Positions 28,302 through 41,510 are shown, counted from the whole stretch's first letter. The stretch: DNA of 63,989 nucleotides, filler included, from Octopus bimaculoides (GCF_001194135.2; 5 parts of 5 records of this genome joined end to end with filler, not necessarily neighbours in it); one strand, 5' to 3'. Notes: generated by a model from the letters alone, not told the origin. Translations and numbers: made by a program.

Positions 28302-28401
28302 NNNNNNNNNNNNNNNNNNNNNNNNNNNNNNNNNNNNNNNNNNNNTTAATTAATTAANNNNNNNNNNNNNNNNNNNNNNNNNNNNNNNNNNNNNNNNNNN
28401 N
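28302..28401. other. Artificial 100-bp spacer
   Basis: Same layout; linker at 28346-28357. Confidence 0.96.
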
Positions 28402-28459
<58 letters not shown>

Positions 28460-28489
28460 GAGTATATGAATTTCTCAATACTATGCTCA

Positions 28490-29140
28490 TTTTAATCGAT
28501 GAGGGTCAGAGATATCGCACATAACCACCACTTCTCTCCCCAGCGCAATATACGAATGCTGCAGTCTTCCTCGCTCTGCCCTTGTTGTCATCGCTCTTCA
28601 TCTTCGTATTCGCCGGCAGTGACCCCGTTTTCCGTACATCGAGCCCGTGCCGATGTAGGCACAGAAGTTCTGATCTGTGATGAAGTCTCCAGTATATTGC
28701 AGTCCCCCCTCCCTCTGACCATCGGCACCGATTTTTACTCGGTTCTATCTCTTCTAGGACTGAATTATTCTTTCTCCATGACACCCAACTGATCCACAGC
28801 TACTCCTCTGTAGACCCTCATTTCTAATGCCCTCTGTTGTTTGGTATGAACCATCTTTAGGACCCATGCTTCCCACCCATAGATCGTTACTAACCAGACT
28901 AGCGTTTTAGGAGTCTTATTTTGATGCTATGGCTGTCGAGCCAATTTTCAACATTATACTAAGTAACCTCAATGCGAAACTTCCTGCATCATTCCTTGTT
29001 CTTATTTTCTGGTTGCAGTCTGCTATTTGGTCAACGATTGAACGGAAACACTTAAGCTTGTCAACCTGAGTAATTTGACTCCTTGGCATTGTATTGTAAG
29101 CTGCTCTGGTTCTCTGGTGATTGCCGTGACCTTTGACTTT
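28490..29140 (-). mobile_element. RTE-clade LINE 3' fragment
   Basis: VDKLKCFRSIVDQIADCNQKIRTR...STAIASK and SWRKNNSVLEEI, plus a KRGHCRRIR-like remnant of the RTE RT C-terminus. Confidence 0.75.
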
Positions 29141-29163
29141 TTGGTGCTTATATCTTTTCTTTC

Positions 29164-29209
<46 letters not shown>

Positions 29210-29370
29210 NNNNNNNNNNCTTTCTTTCTTTCTTTCTTTCTCAGGCATCTAGCAGAATCATTAGCACGCCGTCTTTAGGAGTTCAAATTCAGCTGAGGAC
29301 GACTTTGCCTTTCATTCTTTCGGGGTCGAGGAAATAAGTACCAGATAGATAGATAAATAGATAGATAGAG

Positions 29371-30211
29371 GATCTTTGGGGTTTGACGGGCAACATTCGT
29401 TTTCTTAACGAAACACTTTCAAACTTGGGACACTGGTAGAATGTGTCATATAAAACAACTTCTTCTCCTAACCTTCTTAACAAAAAATTGTACATCGCAA
29501 GTTATTTCATGTTAAAGTTGTCGTATTTNNNNNNNNNNNNNNNNNNNNNNNNNNNNNNNNNNNNNNNNNNNNNNNNNNNNNNNNNNNNNNNNNNNNNNNN
29601 NNNNNNNNNNNNNNNNNNNNNNNNNNNNNNNNNNNNNNNNNNNNNNNNNNNNNNNNNNNNNNNNNNNNNNNNNNNNNNNNNNNNNNNNNNNNNNNNNNNN
29701 NNNNNNNNNNNNNNNNNNNNNNNNNNNNNNNNNNNNNNNNNNNNNNNNNNNNNNNNNNNNNNNNNNNNNNNNNNNNNNNNNNNNNNNNNNNNNNNNNNNN
29801 NNNNNNNNNNNNNNNNNNNNNNNNNNNNNNNNNNNNNNNNNNNNNNNNNNNNNNNNNNNNNNNNNNNNNNNNNNNNNNNNNNNNNNNNNNNNNNNNNNNN
29901 NNNNNNNNNNNNNNNNNNNNNNNNNNNNNNNNNNNNNNNNNNNNNNNNNNNNNNNNNNNNNNNNNNNNNNNNNNNNNNNNNNNNNNNNNAGATCCCATGA
30001 CACCGTTACGGCATTAATTGTTTTCACCTCAATAGACGTCAGTGATTGGTTGAAATTACCGAAATACGACAATTTTTTTACATAAAATAACTTCGAATAC
30101 AAATTTTTTTATCTGTTCTATACCACAAAATGTACAAATATTCGAAGTTTGAAAGTGTTTCGGTACCAAAAACACTACAAAAAAAATGTTGCCCGTCAAA
30201 CCCCAAAGATC
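29371..30211. mobile_element. Non-autonomous TIR element within a (TAGA)n tract
   Basis: Perfect 27-bp TIR GATCTTTGGGGTTTGACGGGCAACATT and its reverse complement, with imperfect subterminal inverted blocks (AAACACTTTCAAACTT/AAGTTTGAAAGTGTTT). The centre is a gap (29529-29989). Confidence 0.85.
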
Positions 30212-30242
<31 letters not shown>

Positions 30243-30551
30243 CTAATGTTTGTTATAATAAAAACAATTTTTCATTATTCTCTGCTGAGTTAAAGCCTCC
30301 TTTGTGGGTCTGAGTGGAGTGAGCTATTATCTTTTATCTTGTTTCAGTCATCTGACTGCAGCCATGCTGGGGCACCACCTTGAGGAACATTAGTCGGACG
30401 AATCGATCCTAGTACTTTTACAGTTTGGTGCTTATTCTATCAGTCTCTTTTGCGGAACCGTTAAGTTAAAGGGACATAAAGGCACCAACACCAGCTGTTA
30501 AGTAGTCGTGTGAGACAAACAGATGTACAAAGACACACACACACACACACA

Positions 30552-30589
<38 letters not shown>

Positions 30590-31584
30590 NNNNNNNNNNN
30601 NNNNNNNNNNNNNNNNNNNNNNNNNNNNNNNNNNNNNNNNNNNNNNNNNNNNNNNNNNNNNNNNNNNNNNNNNNNNNNNNNNNNNNNNNNNNNNNNNNNN
30701 NNNNNNNNNNNNNNNNNNNNNNNNNNNNNNNNNNNNNNNNNNNNNNNNNNNNNNNNNNNNNNNNNNNNNNNNNNNNNNNNNNNNNNNNNNNNNNNNNNNN
30801 NNNNNNNNNNNNNNNNNNNNNNNNNNNNNNNNNNNNNNNNNNNNNNNNNNNNNNNNNNNNNNNNNNNNNNNNNNNNNNNNNNNNNNNNNNNNNNNNNNNN
30901 NNNNNNNNNNNNNNNNNNNNNNNNNNNNNNNNNNNNNNNNNNNNNNNNNNNNNNNNNNNNNNNNNNNNNNNNNNNNNNNNNNNNNNNNNNNNNNNNNNNN
31001 NNNNNNNNNNNNNNNNNNNNNNNNNNNNNNNNNNNNNNNNNNNNNNNNNNNNNNNNNNNNNNNNNNNNNNNNNNNNNNNNNNNNNNNNNNNNNNNNNNNN
31101 NNNNNNNNNNNNNNNNNNNNNNNNNNNNNNNNNNNNNNNNNNNNNNNNNNNNNNNNNNNNNNNNNNNNNNNNNNNNNNNNNNNNNNNNNNNNNNNNNNNN
31201 NNNNNNNNNNNNNNNNNNNNNNNNNNNNNNNNNNNNNNNNNNNNNNNNNNNNNNNNNNNNNNNNNNNNNNNNNNNNNNNNNNNNNNNNNNNNNNNNNNNN
31301 NNNNNNNNNNNNNNNNNNNNNNNNNNNNNNNNNNNNNNNNNNNNNNNNNNNNNNNNNNNNNNNNNNNNNNNNNNNNNNNNNNNNNNNNNNNNNNNNNNNN
31401 NNNNNNNNNNNNNNNNNNNNNNNNNNNNNNNNNNNNNNNNNNNNNNNNNNNNNNNNNNNNNNNNNNNNNNNNNNNNNNNNNNNNNNNNNNNNNNNNNNNN
31501 NNNNNNNNNNNNNNNNNNNNNNNNNNNNNNNNNNNNNNNNNNNNNNNNNNNNNNNNNNNNNNNNNNNNNNNNNNNNNNNNNNNN

Positions 31585-31617
<33 letters not shown>

Positions 31618-32243
31618 TCTTTAATCTTTATGTGGATAAAGGCGGCGTGCTCGCAAAATTGTTAGCGGAATACTGGCGGTATTTCGTACGTTTTCACGTT
31701 CTGAGTTCAAATTCTGTCGAGGTTGACTTTGCCTTTGATCCTTTCGGGTTCGATAAAATAAGTACCAGTTGAGTACTAGGATCGATGCAATCGACTTGAG
31801 CCCCCGCTCCCTCCGAAACTGCTGCTCTTGTGCCAAACTTTGAAATCAATATTTTCGTGGACAGGCCTGATATTTCTCAGTTTGAAAACTACATGTCTAC
31901 ACTTCGGCCACATAGGCATTACGGCTTTTGTGTCTGGGTTCAAATCTCACTAGGTCGAATTTATTTTTCATTCGTCTTTGCCTGGTAAATAAAGAAGTAA
32001 TCCAAGGTGGCGCATTGACGAAACGGTTAAAAGTTCAGATTTGGCACCTTGTGCTGCTGTAGCTCTTTGCATTAGGAGTTCAATTCTTGCTTAAGGATTC
32101 AATCCGGCCGATAGCCAGGAAATAATCATCCAGTCTTAATTCTAGGTTTGAAGTTGAAAATAGCAAAAGGATGCAGAAGGGTGATGGCTATCGGTTATTG
32201 TCGTAGAACCATGGTGATGATGATGATAGTGGTGGTGGTGATA

Positions 32244-32279
<36 letters not shown>

Positions 32280-32329
32280 TTGATGATTATGATTATGATG
32301 ATGATGCTTATGATGCTGCTGCTGCTGCC

Positions 32330-32365
<36 letters not shown>

Positions 32366-32412
32366 GATTTTGAGCATTGCAATGATAAGAATGATGATGA
32401 TTACGATGATGA

Positions 32413-32449
<37 letters not shown>

Positions 32450-33161
32450 AGTGTGTGTGTTTGTGTTTGTGTAGACAGGACAACATCGAGACATTGGATA
32501 GAAGAGACTAAGACAAGGAGAGCAAACTTTGTAGAGGAAGAAGAGGAATGAGAGGAAGAGAGGGTGAGCAGATCAGCGGTAAAAAAAATCCCCCCAAAAA
32601 CCCAACGGCAATAACTACAGCGAAAACAGTTGCAGAAATAACGTCGACAATGAAACAAAATAGCAACGAATGAATGAAAAGGAAAGTGGCTGAGGTGTAG
32701 GAGGAGGCAGGGAGCTGTCGTAAAACTCGTAACAGCGGGGGTGGGGAGGGACTGGGTGTATTGTGGGCAGCTGTAATGGTGCACAGCATAATTATCTGAC
32801 GGTACAACAGGTGCACTGACATGCAACAGTGAGCTGTAGAGAGGGTAGGGGGGAAGCAGGGAAGAAACAAAAAACTCGATTCACTCTGCCGTGACGAAGA
32901 AGTAGAGAGGGGGGGATGAGGAAGTGGAAGAGGAGGGGGAGAAGGACGAGGAAGGTGATGTTTAACTATGACATTTTCTGATTCAGTACAATAGCAATAT
33001 GGCGGAGAGACACACACATTTTATATGTACATACATATACATATATATGTATATATATGTATGTATGCATGTGTGTATATATTTGTATGCATGTATGTTT
33101 ATATATATGTACATATATGTTTATATACATATATATGCATATACATATATATGTGTGCCTC

Positions 33162-33226
<65 letters not shown>

Positions 33227-34494
33227 ATCCATCCATCCATCCATCCATCCATCCATCTATCCATCAATCTATCTATCTATCTATCTATCTATCTATTTAT
33301 CTATCTTTCTATCTACCTATGAGAATAATAACTGCCTTAGAAAGCTAGTGAAATTATCTTGAGAAAGTTCTGCTGAATATGTATAATACCTTCGAATGCT
33401 TTAATACATGCCAGAAACTAAATAACAGAAAGGCAAACATTAACGTAAGTAGAAATGTTTTAGTTTGTCCAAACGAGATATCTAAGCACGGAGAATGCTC
33501 AACGACTCAACAGGTAGTTTGTGTTATGTCTATATATGTATATTGTGAAGTAGCAAAAGAAAAAGATGGCCCACCGTTGTACCACATTAAGCAAATATGA
33601 ACTATTTACCAAAAAGGTTTTCTCTCGGAGGACATCAAAACGCTTCGTTGTCTGTTCAACTAAAAAGACACTTGTTTAGCCGAGTTTAATTTGAAATTAT
33701 ATGCGGCATCCAATGTTTTTTTTAATTTTAAGCAACTGAACTTGACTTTATCTCATTTCAAAGTCACATCTCTCAATCTATCAGTATTTTATATCCTAGC
33801 TAATCCATCAAAACTTTCTCAACCTCTACATCACGGTGTGATAACTACTGATATTTCATTCGTTTTCTAATACAATTTCCCTACTATGCTTGAAAGCACC
33901 AATAACCAAACATTAAGGACTTAAGTTGACCATGTGTCTAAATGGCCCATATCAAATTTCAACACAATATTTGAAGAATATCTAACCTAAAGATAATGCA
34001 AATATGTTCATGTGTAGTGACCTGATTACAAACATTAACCTTTTATGACTGTCCTTTTCCCAAATTTCGGGGAAATTGAAGAAGGTTGATAGGAATTTTC
34101 CCCAAATCCTATCAACTTCTTTCTATTAAGTGGCCCCTTCCTCTAGTCTTTCCTTCACCTAATCAGTGTTGGCTATAATTTCTATAGAAAATCTCTAGAG
34201 ATGACCTTAACACGTGATTTAAGTGCACTGCTAACACAGTAGAACACAATTTAATATACCGCTACATCACAGTACACTTCGAAGGCTATGCGTTTGCAAT
34301 CCAAGAACAGGAGATTGCTACTAAACCCCTAATCAATGAAAGAGACAGTGAAGCCCTTGGAGTTTCAAGCTGCAACCATAAATGTAGATTATGTCATATT
34401 TCTATGGATGGCATCAGACATGTGATTAGCAGCTGCCCAAAAATATCACCACGGTATTACTTCCCTATGCGACATAACGTCGTCGCAAAAGTAA

Positions 34495-34940
34495 TATATA
34501 ATCTTTTCTACTTTAGGTAGAAGGCCCAAAATTTTTTTGGGGAAGGCGCCAGTCGATTAGATCGACCCCAGTATGTAACTGGTACTTAATTTATCGACCC
34601 CCCGAATGGATGAAAGGTAAAGTCGACCTCGGCGGAATTTGAACACAGAACGTAAAGACAGACGAAATACCGCTAAGCATTTCGCCCGGCATGCTAACGT
34701 TTCTTATTTCTTTATTGCCCACAAGGGGTTAAACATAGAGGGGACAAACAAGGACAGACAAAGAGATTAAGTCGATTACGTCGACCCCAGTACGAAACTG
34801 GTACTTAATTTATCGACCCCGAAAGGATGAAAGGCAAAGTCGACCTCGGCGGAATTTGAACCCAGATCATAACGGCAGACGAAATACCGCTAAGCATTTC
34901 GCCCGGCGTCATAACGTTTCTGCCAACTTGCCGCCTTAAA
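34495..34940 (-). mobile_element. Tandem dimer of CORE-type SINEs (family B, OR1/OR2-like)
   Basis: Two copies of ...CCGCCGAGGTCGACTTTGCCTTTCATCCTTTCGGGGTCGATAAATTAAGTACCAG... (minus strand) with different 3' tails. Confidence 0.85.
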
Positions 34941-35410
34941 AGCAATATATAATGCCATTCGGAATAAAGACTCATGGAATAAATATAGAGAAAACCCTGT
35001 TATTGAATACGTACACAAATACCAGCACAAAGAATATTTGTGGAACATTCCCATCAAAACATGTGTCAAGTGTAAACATAAAAGGCCGAATATTGTTTGG
35101 GACAGACGAGAGAAAGTATGTAGCGTCACAGAGGCCGTTGTCCTGCTGATGTGAATATCTCTTTGAAAATCAAGGAGAAAGAAGATAATTCGTGACAACT
35201 GCTTCGAAACGTCCAGCTTTTATATCTGGATTACGAATTTACATTCATACCAATAATAATTGGAGCACTTGGTTTTGTAAGTAAATGCCTAACTATCAGT
35301 CTGGATAAGCTTGGATTTTCAGAAAAAGAAATCAACCAACGTAAGAAATACAATCTGTAAGAGGAACTGTAAACTTATGCAAAACTACTCTCTGGTTTAA
35401 AATCTGACAT
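34940..35410 (+). mobile_element. RLE-endonuclease LINE 3' fragment (R4/Dong-like)
   Basis: EYVHKYQHKEYLWNIPIKTCVKCKHKRPNIVWD...ISLKIKEKED...FIPIIIGAL; frameshifted. Confidence 0.7.
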
Positions 35411-36811
35411 TGTTTTCGTTATTTACATTCCAACGAAAGAGTTTTGTATCTTTGTTAGAAATCAACTCATTCTTCAGAGGGAGAATGTAAATGATTAAAT
35501 ACAGAGGAGACATCCATCCATCCATCCATCCATCCATCCATCCATCCATCCATCCAACCATCCATAGTGAGAGTTCTGTTGCTTTGTGGTCGATTATATA
35601 ACAGACACACGTGATGTCAGCAACTGCTGTATACCGTATGGCTTAAAGGAATGCCTTTAGTTCATATGTTGCTGACAAAACGAACAGACTTCGAAAAAAA
35701 AATCTTGATGCCCCACGAGGGTAACTGTTGTAGTTAATATTCCATATGTGTCTTATATAGTAATTTTGAAATTCATTTTTCATCCTTTAAAAAATGTTAT
35801 ACTCATAAAGTCATAGCACCGATTACCCCGTTGTGCATTCTTAGTCATTAACTATTTCGTTTCGAAGAACTTATATTGTACTGCCTGGAATCAAGTGCGC
35901 CAGTTATGTATGTATGTATGTATGTATGTATGTATGTATGTATGTATGTATGTATGCATGTATGTGTGTGTATGTGGGTGATAGATATGATTATATGTTT
36001 ATATAATTACATGTTTGCTTCTATATATACCTCTATGTAGTAAAAGGAAATATAAAAAACCCATAAATACATGAAAACTTAAGCAAATGTATACATTAGC
36101 TATATTTAGACTTTTTTTACATACAACCGACTAAAGCATCAGCTAAATCACCACCACCACCACCACCACTACTGCAGCTACTGTTGTTGCTGCTGCTGTT
36201 ATTACTGCTGCTGCTACTATTTCCAGTTTGATACGACTGTACAGGACTCTCCTAAAAACAAGATGTCATACCATACCAACTCCAACGATTAGCCTGCATC
36301 TTTTACAAACTCCAGCATGTGACCAATTTCATCTTGAGATTCCTATTGCTATTAGTGTGGTTGTTTAGACTCTTCGCGACCCCTGATCAAGTAGAACAAT
36401 AATCAGAAGTGTTCCAAACGTGACCATGCTGAATATGGTTGGGGTTGTATTAAATAACTAGAATGATGACGGATGATTCANNNNNNNNNNNNNNNNNNNN
36501 NNNNNNNNNNNNNNNNNNNNNNNNNNNNNNNNNNNNNNNNNNNNNNNNNNNNNNNNNNNNNNNNNNNNNNNNNNNNNNNNNNNNNNNNNNNNNNNNNNNN
36601 NNNNNNNNNNNNNNNNNNNNNNNNNNNNNNNNNNNNNNAAACGGGAGGACGTGATGCATAGTATTAACTGACGCTCAAGGAAGGAAAGAAAGGTAGTTTT
36701 ATGTTTCGAGCAAAGCTCTTGTTCAGCAACAGGAGACATAGAAAAATCAAAGAGAAAAGGAAGACGGAGGAAAAAAATCGCCAACGAACCACATGTAGTT
36801 ACATTTTGAAA

Positions 36812-36851
<40 letters not shown>

Positions 36852-37189
36852 GTGGGCATATTACATATACACACACGCGCGCGCACACATATTTATATAC
36901 ATACATATATGTGTTTGTGTGTGTGTGTGTTCATCCTTGTGTCTGTGTTTGACAACTACAGTTGGTGTGTTTACGTCAACATTATCTAACGGTTAAAAGA
37001 TCTCGACAGAATAAGTACTAAGGTCGATTTGTTCGACTAAATTTCTTTAAGGTGCTGCCCCAGCATGGCCGCAGACTAATGGCTGAAATAAGTAAAAAAT
37101 GAAAGATAAAAGATATATTATATATGTATGTCTCTTCTAATTTTTAATTATTATAAATCTTCCACTGAGGATGGAGTCGATTTCCAACA

Positions 37190-37770
37190 AAGATACAAGG
37201 CTCCATCTTTGATTGTAGTTAATACAAATTCACATTTGGAACTCGAAAAAAGTCTTGCATATTTTTACTGTTCCACTCACAGATTGCACTTGTACAGATC
37301 AGCCGGTAAATTTCTCTTTCTGAAAATCCCAGTTTATCCAGATTCTCCTTTAAGCATTTACTAACAAAATCTAGCGCTCCATTTATTATTGGTATGAATA
37401 TGAATTCATAGTCTGGATATAGAAGATGGAAGTTTCGAAGATATCCTCTTTTTCTTTGATTTTCAAAGAGGGTCTGTTATGCTTACATTTGACAGCAGTT
37501 TTGATGGGAATATTCCACCAGTATTCCTTGAGCTGGTGTTTATGAATGTATTCCATAACAGAGGGATTTTCTAAGTTTATTTCGGGACAGTATTTTTTGC
37601 CGATGACATTGTAAATTGTTTTAGCAACATTGTGCCGCACAGGGAGGTAGTACCGTGATGACATTTTAGAACAGCTGCTAATCCCATACGCAATGTCTTC
37701 CACAGAAACATGAAATAATCTACACATGCAGTTGCACCTTGGGATTACAAGTGTCACTTTCTTGTACATC
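37190..37770 (-). mobile_element. Second copy of the same RLE LINE 3' end
   Basis: ORF 37386-37769: VEDIAYGISSCSKMSSRYYLPVRHNVAKTIY...EYWWNIPIKTAVKCKHNRP|SLKIKEKED. It has an internal deletion relative to 34940-35410. Confidence 0.72.
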
Positions 37771-37820
37771 AGGTACTTTGTGGCAATTTCCTGTTCCTGT
37801 ATGTATGTATGTATTTATGC

Positions 37821-37874
<54 letters not shown>

Positions 37875-37889
37875 TTATCTATCTATCTT

Positions 37890-38170
37890 ATTTCTTTAAT
37901 AACCACAAGGGGCTACACACAGAGGGGACAAACAAGGACAGACAAAGGGATTAAGTCGATTACATCGACCCCAGTGCGTAACTGGTACTTAATTTATCGA
38001 CCCCGAAAGGATGAAAGGCAAAGTCGANNNNNNNNNNGTACTTAATTTATCGACCCCGAAAGGATGAAAGGCAAAGTCGACCTTGGCGGAATTTGAACTC
38101 AGAACGTAGCAGCAGACGAAATATTGCAAAGTATTTCGCCCGGCGTGCTAACGTTTCTGCCATCTCGCCG
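37890..38170 (-). mobile_element. Family B CORE-type SINE
   Basis: Same core as 34495-34940. The 38027-38085 duplication around a 10-N gap is probably an assembly overlap. Other copies occur at about 9135-9340, 9400-9595, 22530-22735, 29230-29343, 31640-31860, 41225-41440, 42388-42520, 42685-42870, 55840-56045 and 61030-61205. Confidence 0.85.
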
Positions 38171-38763
38171 CCTATCAATCAATGTATGTATGTATGTATG
38201 TATGTATGTATGTATGTATGTATGTATGTATGCATGTATGTATGTATGTATCTATCTATCTATCTATCTATCTATGTTATCTTCACTCGCATATACTGTC
38301 GAGATTACGTTATCTTGATGTTATTCCACAGCGTCTCACCCTATGATATTAAACTCTTGAATAAAGCGTCACATGATATTACTCTGCTGTGTATCACTCA
38401 ATGATATGTCTTAACGATGTACTACCTCTTCTATTTAGCCGTTATATGAAATGTTACTCTTCGACATTTTACACTACGATATGCGATTCTATAGGCAGTC
38501 ATTCCATGATTATTTACTTCCGCGTTTTCAGACTCACTGTGGACACAAAATCGATAATTTGCTCTCTCTGCCCAAATCAACGATAGAAACGTTATCATTG
38601 AGCTGAAGTACTTCGCTAAAACTTTCCTCGAGATTTATTTTCTAGGTTTCTTAAAGACAGGAGATTCTGTGTTGAATCGAGATAAAAGCTGACATTGAAT
38701 AATTGCCACAGTAAACGTCTATGTAAATAGAAACTATTTAGGAAGTAACGAAAGCATATTATA

Positions 38764-39650
38764 CAGGGTGTTCGGGCTAAATTTGACGATTTTTTAATGT
38801 CTTCTTTTTTTCAGGAACAGCCTGATGTATTGGTAAAAAGTCAACGGCGTTGGAGAGCATGAAGATTAAAATTTTAGTTTAGAAAAAGTTATCTGACATG
38901 GAGAACTTGGAAGCTGCTTGAATACTGGAAATGAGTTACCTGTATCATGAGGATTTGCGCTGGTTACCAAAATGCTGACATGGATGCTGCTCAATGCTCT
39001 GTGAACACTGCAAAGGCTGTAAGACATGACATAGACAGCTGCAACGGAGAATACGAAACCGTGGCCAGCAAGAAAAAGAAAGAGGAGGCACCCTGGTTAC
39101 AACCACGCGCCGGAGTTCATCCAACAACTGATGAACAGGTCTTTAGGCTCAATTCAGATGGTTACGTGAAGCTGCTGGAGACTGCTGTCAAATCCTGGCG
39201 AGAGAGTGTTGCCACTGGATGGCTGCAGGATTCGGCTCCTTGCCATACCTCTGAAAAGAGAAGAGGTTGTCGGAGAATGTTTACGACTTCATCAGCCTCA
39301 ATTTCTGCCCTCCCAACTGCCCCGATCTATGGATTACTATGCATGAATTACTATGGATTACTATGCATGGGGCGCGGTTGAGATAGACACCAACCGCTCT
39401 GTCTGCGACACGAAGGCCGTGCTGGTGGCTAAGATCAAAATATTCGAAGATCTTTGCAGGGACACAGTGAAAAACGCATGCGACAGGTTCCGGAGCCGTC
39501 TTGCGGCCGTGGTGGAAGCAGAGTGCGACTACTTTAAAGAAACTGTTATCTCCCAGTCATAATGTAGTGGATACTTTTTTGAGTTTTTCAAAATACTTCT
39601 ATTTTTGGATGGGATATTGTGTTTTCTTTATGCAAACTGTAAAATTTCTT
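38764..39650 (+). mobile_element. Degenerate Tc1/mariner of the same DD37D-like type
   Basis: Begins TA|CAGGGTGTTCGGGCTAAATTTGAC. Fragments RLNSDGYVKLLE, WLQDSAPCHTS and MDYYAWGAVE, with frameshifts. Confidence 0.8.
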
Positions 39651-39661
39651 TCTCCCTCTCC

Positions 39662-39754
<93 letters not shown>

Positions 39755-41118
39755 CATATATAGTGTCTACGTGTATATTAGATATGTGTGTATGTGTAAA
39801 TGGGATGTATATGCGTATATCCTTATGTAAGTGTATGTACGTGTATATAATAAGGCGCATATGGGTGTATATATGTATATGCGTTTGCCTATATCTTTAT
39901 GAATTTGGAGATGAATATATGATACACTATTAATTACAATTGAAATACAACTTAATTAAGCAATTATCTGAGTTTGTCCTAAAATAATTACAGGGTCATA
40001 ACCCTAAATAAATTACATGGCAGTCTAATAAATGAACAACTCTAAAATTAATTTCTGCGCAAGATCAGAATTCATTTCTTACTGAGAATTCATATATTCC
40101 TATGTTCTATGAGTCCGTTTAGCTAATTTAGCTGGAACACTAATTACCAAATCTGTAGATCATTTAGTCAAGATATTGACTTTAAAAAAGATTATTGCAG
40201 CTTGCTCAGAAGAAGAAAGGAAAAGCAAATCTATTCAAGAAACCCTTTTGCTGGAACATCAAGGTTTGTGAGAGAAAAATGCGACCTGGTCCTAATGTCC
40301 TAGCGAGAGCCGATTGTGCTAAAAGCATTTAAAGATCTGGTGATAGTGTTATATAGGACTACAGATTAAGTCCAACACTGTAACATATAGATAAATAGTT
40401 TGACTGGAACAGATCACGTGGTTTCTTGACAATAACTCAGCGAGACTCAACAAGGTTGAAAGAGAAATAGCCCAAGCATTGAACTCATGATGTTTTATAA
40501 CCAAAGTAATTTTAGAGGTAGGCTAAAAATAACATCTGAAATAGGTTTTTGTACAACCGATATGTTACAAATATATATATATATATATATATANNNNNNN
40601 NNNNNNNNNNNNNNNNNNNNNNNNNNNNNNNNNNNNNNNNNNNNNNNNNNNNNNNNNNNNNNNNNNNNNNNNNNNNNNNNNNNNNNNNNNNNNNNNNNNN
40701 NNNNNNNNNNNNNNNNNNNNNNNNNNNNNNNNNNNNNNNNNNNNNNNNNNNNNNNNNNNNNNNNNNNNNNNNNNNNNNNNNNNNNNNNNNNNNNNNNNNN
40801 NNNNNNNNNNNNNNNNNNNNNNNNNNNNNNNNNNNNNNNNNNNNNNNNNNNNNNNNNNNNNNNNNNNNNNNNNNNNNNNNNNNNNNNNNNNNNNNNNNNN
40901 NNNNNNNNNNNNNNNNNNNNNNNNNNNNNNNNNNNNNNNNNNNNNNNNNNNNNNNNNNNNNNNNNNNNNNNNNNNNNNNNNNNNNNNNNNNNNNNNNNNN
41001 NNNNNNNNNNNNNNNNNNNNNNNNNNNNNNNNNNNNNNNNNNNNNNNNNNNNNNNNNNNNNNNNNNNNNNNNNNNNNNNNNNNNNNNNNNNNNNNNNNNN
41101 NNNNNNNNNNNNNNNNNN

Positions 41119-41160
<42 letters not shown>

Positions 41161-41510
41161 AATTATTGAAGGGGTACATAATGTACAAATCTATGATACA
41201 TACATATACACATGCATACATAGCGGCTTCAAATTTTGGCACAAGGCCAGCAATTTTCAGGAAGGTGAATATAATCGATTACATCGACCCAATGCTTAGC
41301 GAGTGCTTATTTTATCGATCTCGAAAGGATTAGAAGAGCAAACTCGATCTCGGCAGAATTTGAACTCACGACGTAAAGATCTGGAAGAAATACTTCTAAG
41401 CAGTTTATTCGACGTGTTAACCGTTCTGCCAGTTCTCCGCCTACATACATACATACATACATACATACATACATACATACATAGAATAGCAATTAGCTCA
41501 TTTTACTCTA

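Noticed and set aside
32142-32494. Poly-His / poly-Met ORFs
   Set aside because: Translations of a (GAT/CAT)n tract with no splice signals or domain.
35190-35225. TTCGAAACGTC as half a hammerhead
   Set aside because: It lies in the LINE coding frame (QLLRNVQLL) and has no CUGANGA partner.
38027-38085. Apparent tandem duplication within a SINE
   Set aside because: An identical overlap either side of a 10-N gap, typical of unmerged contig ends.
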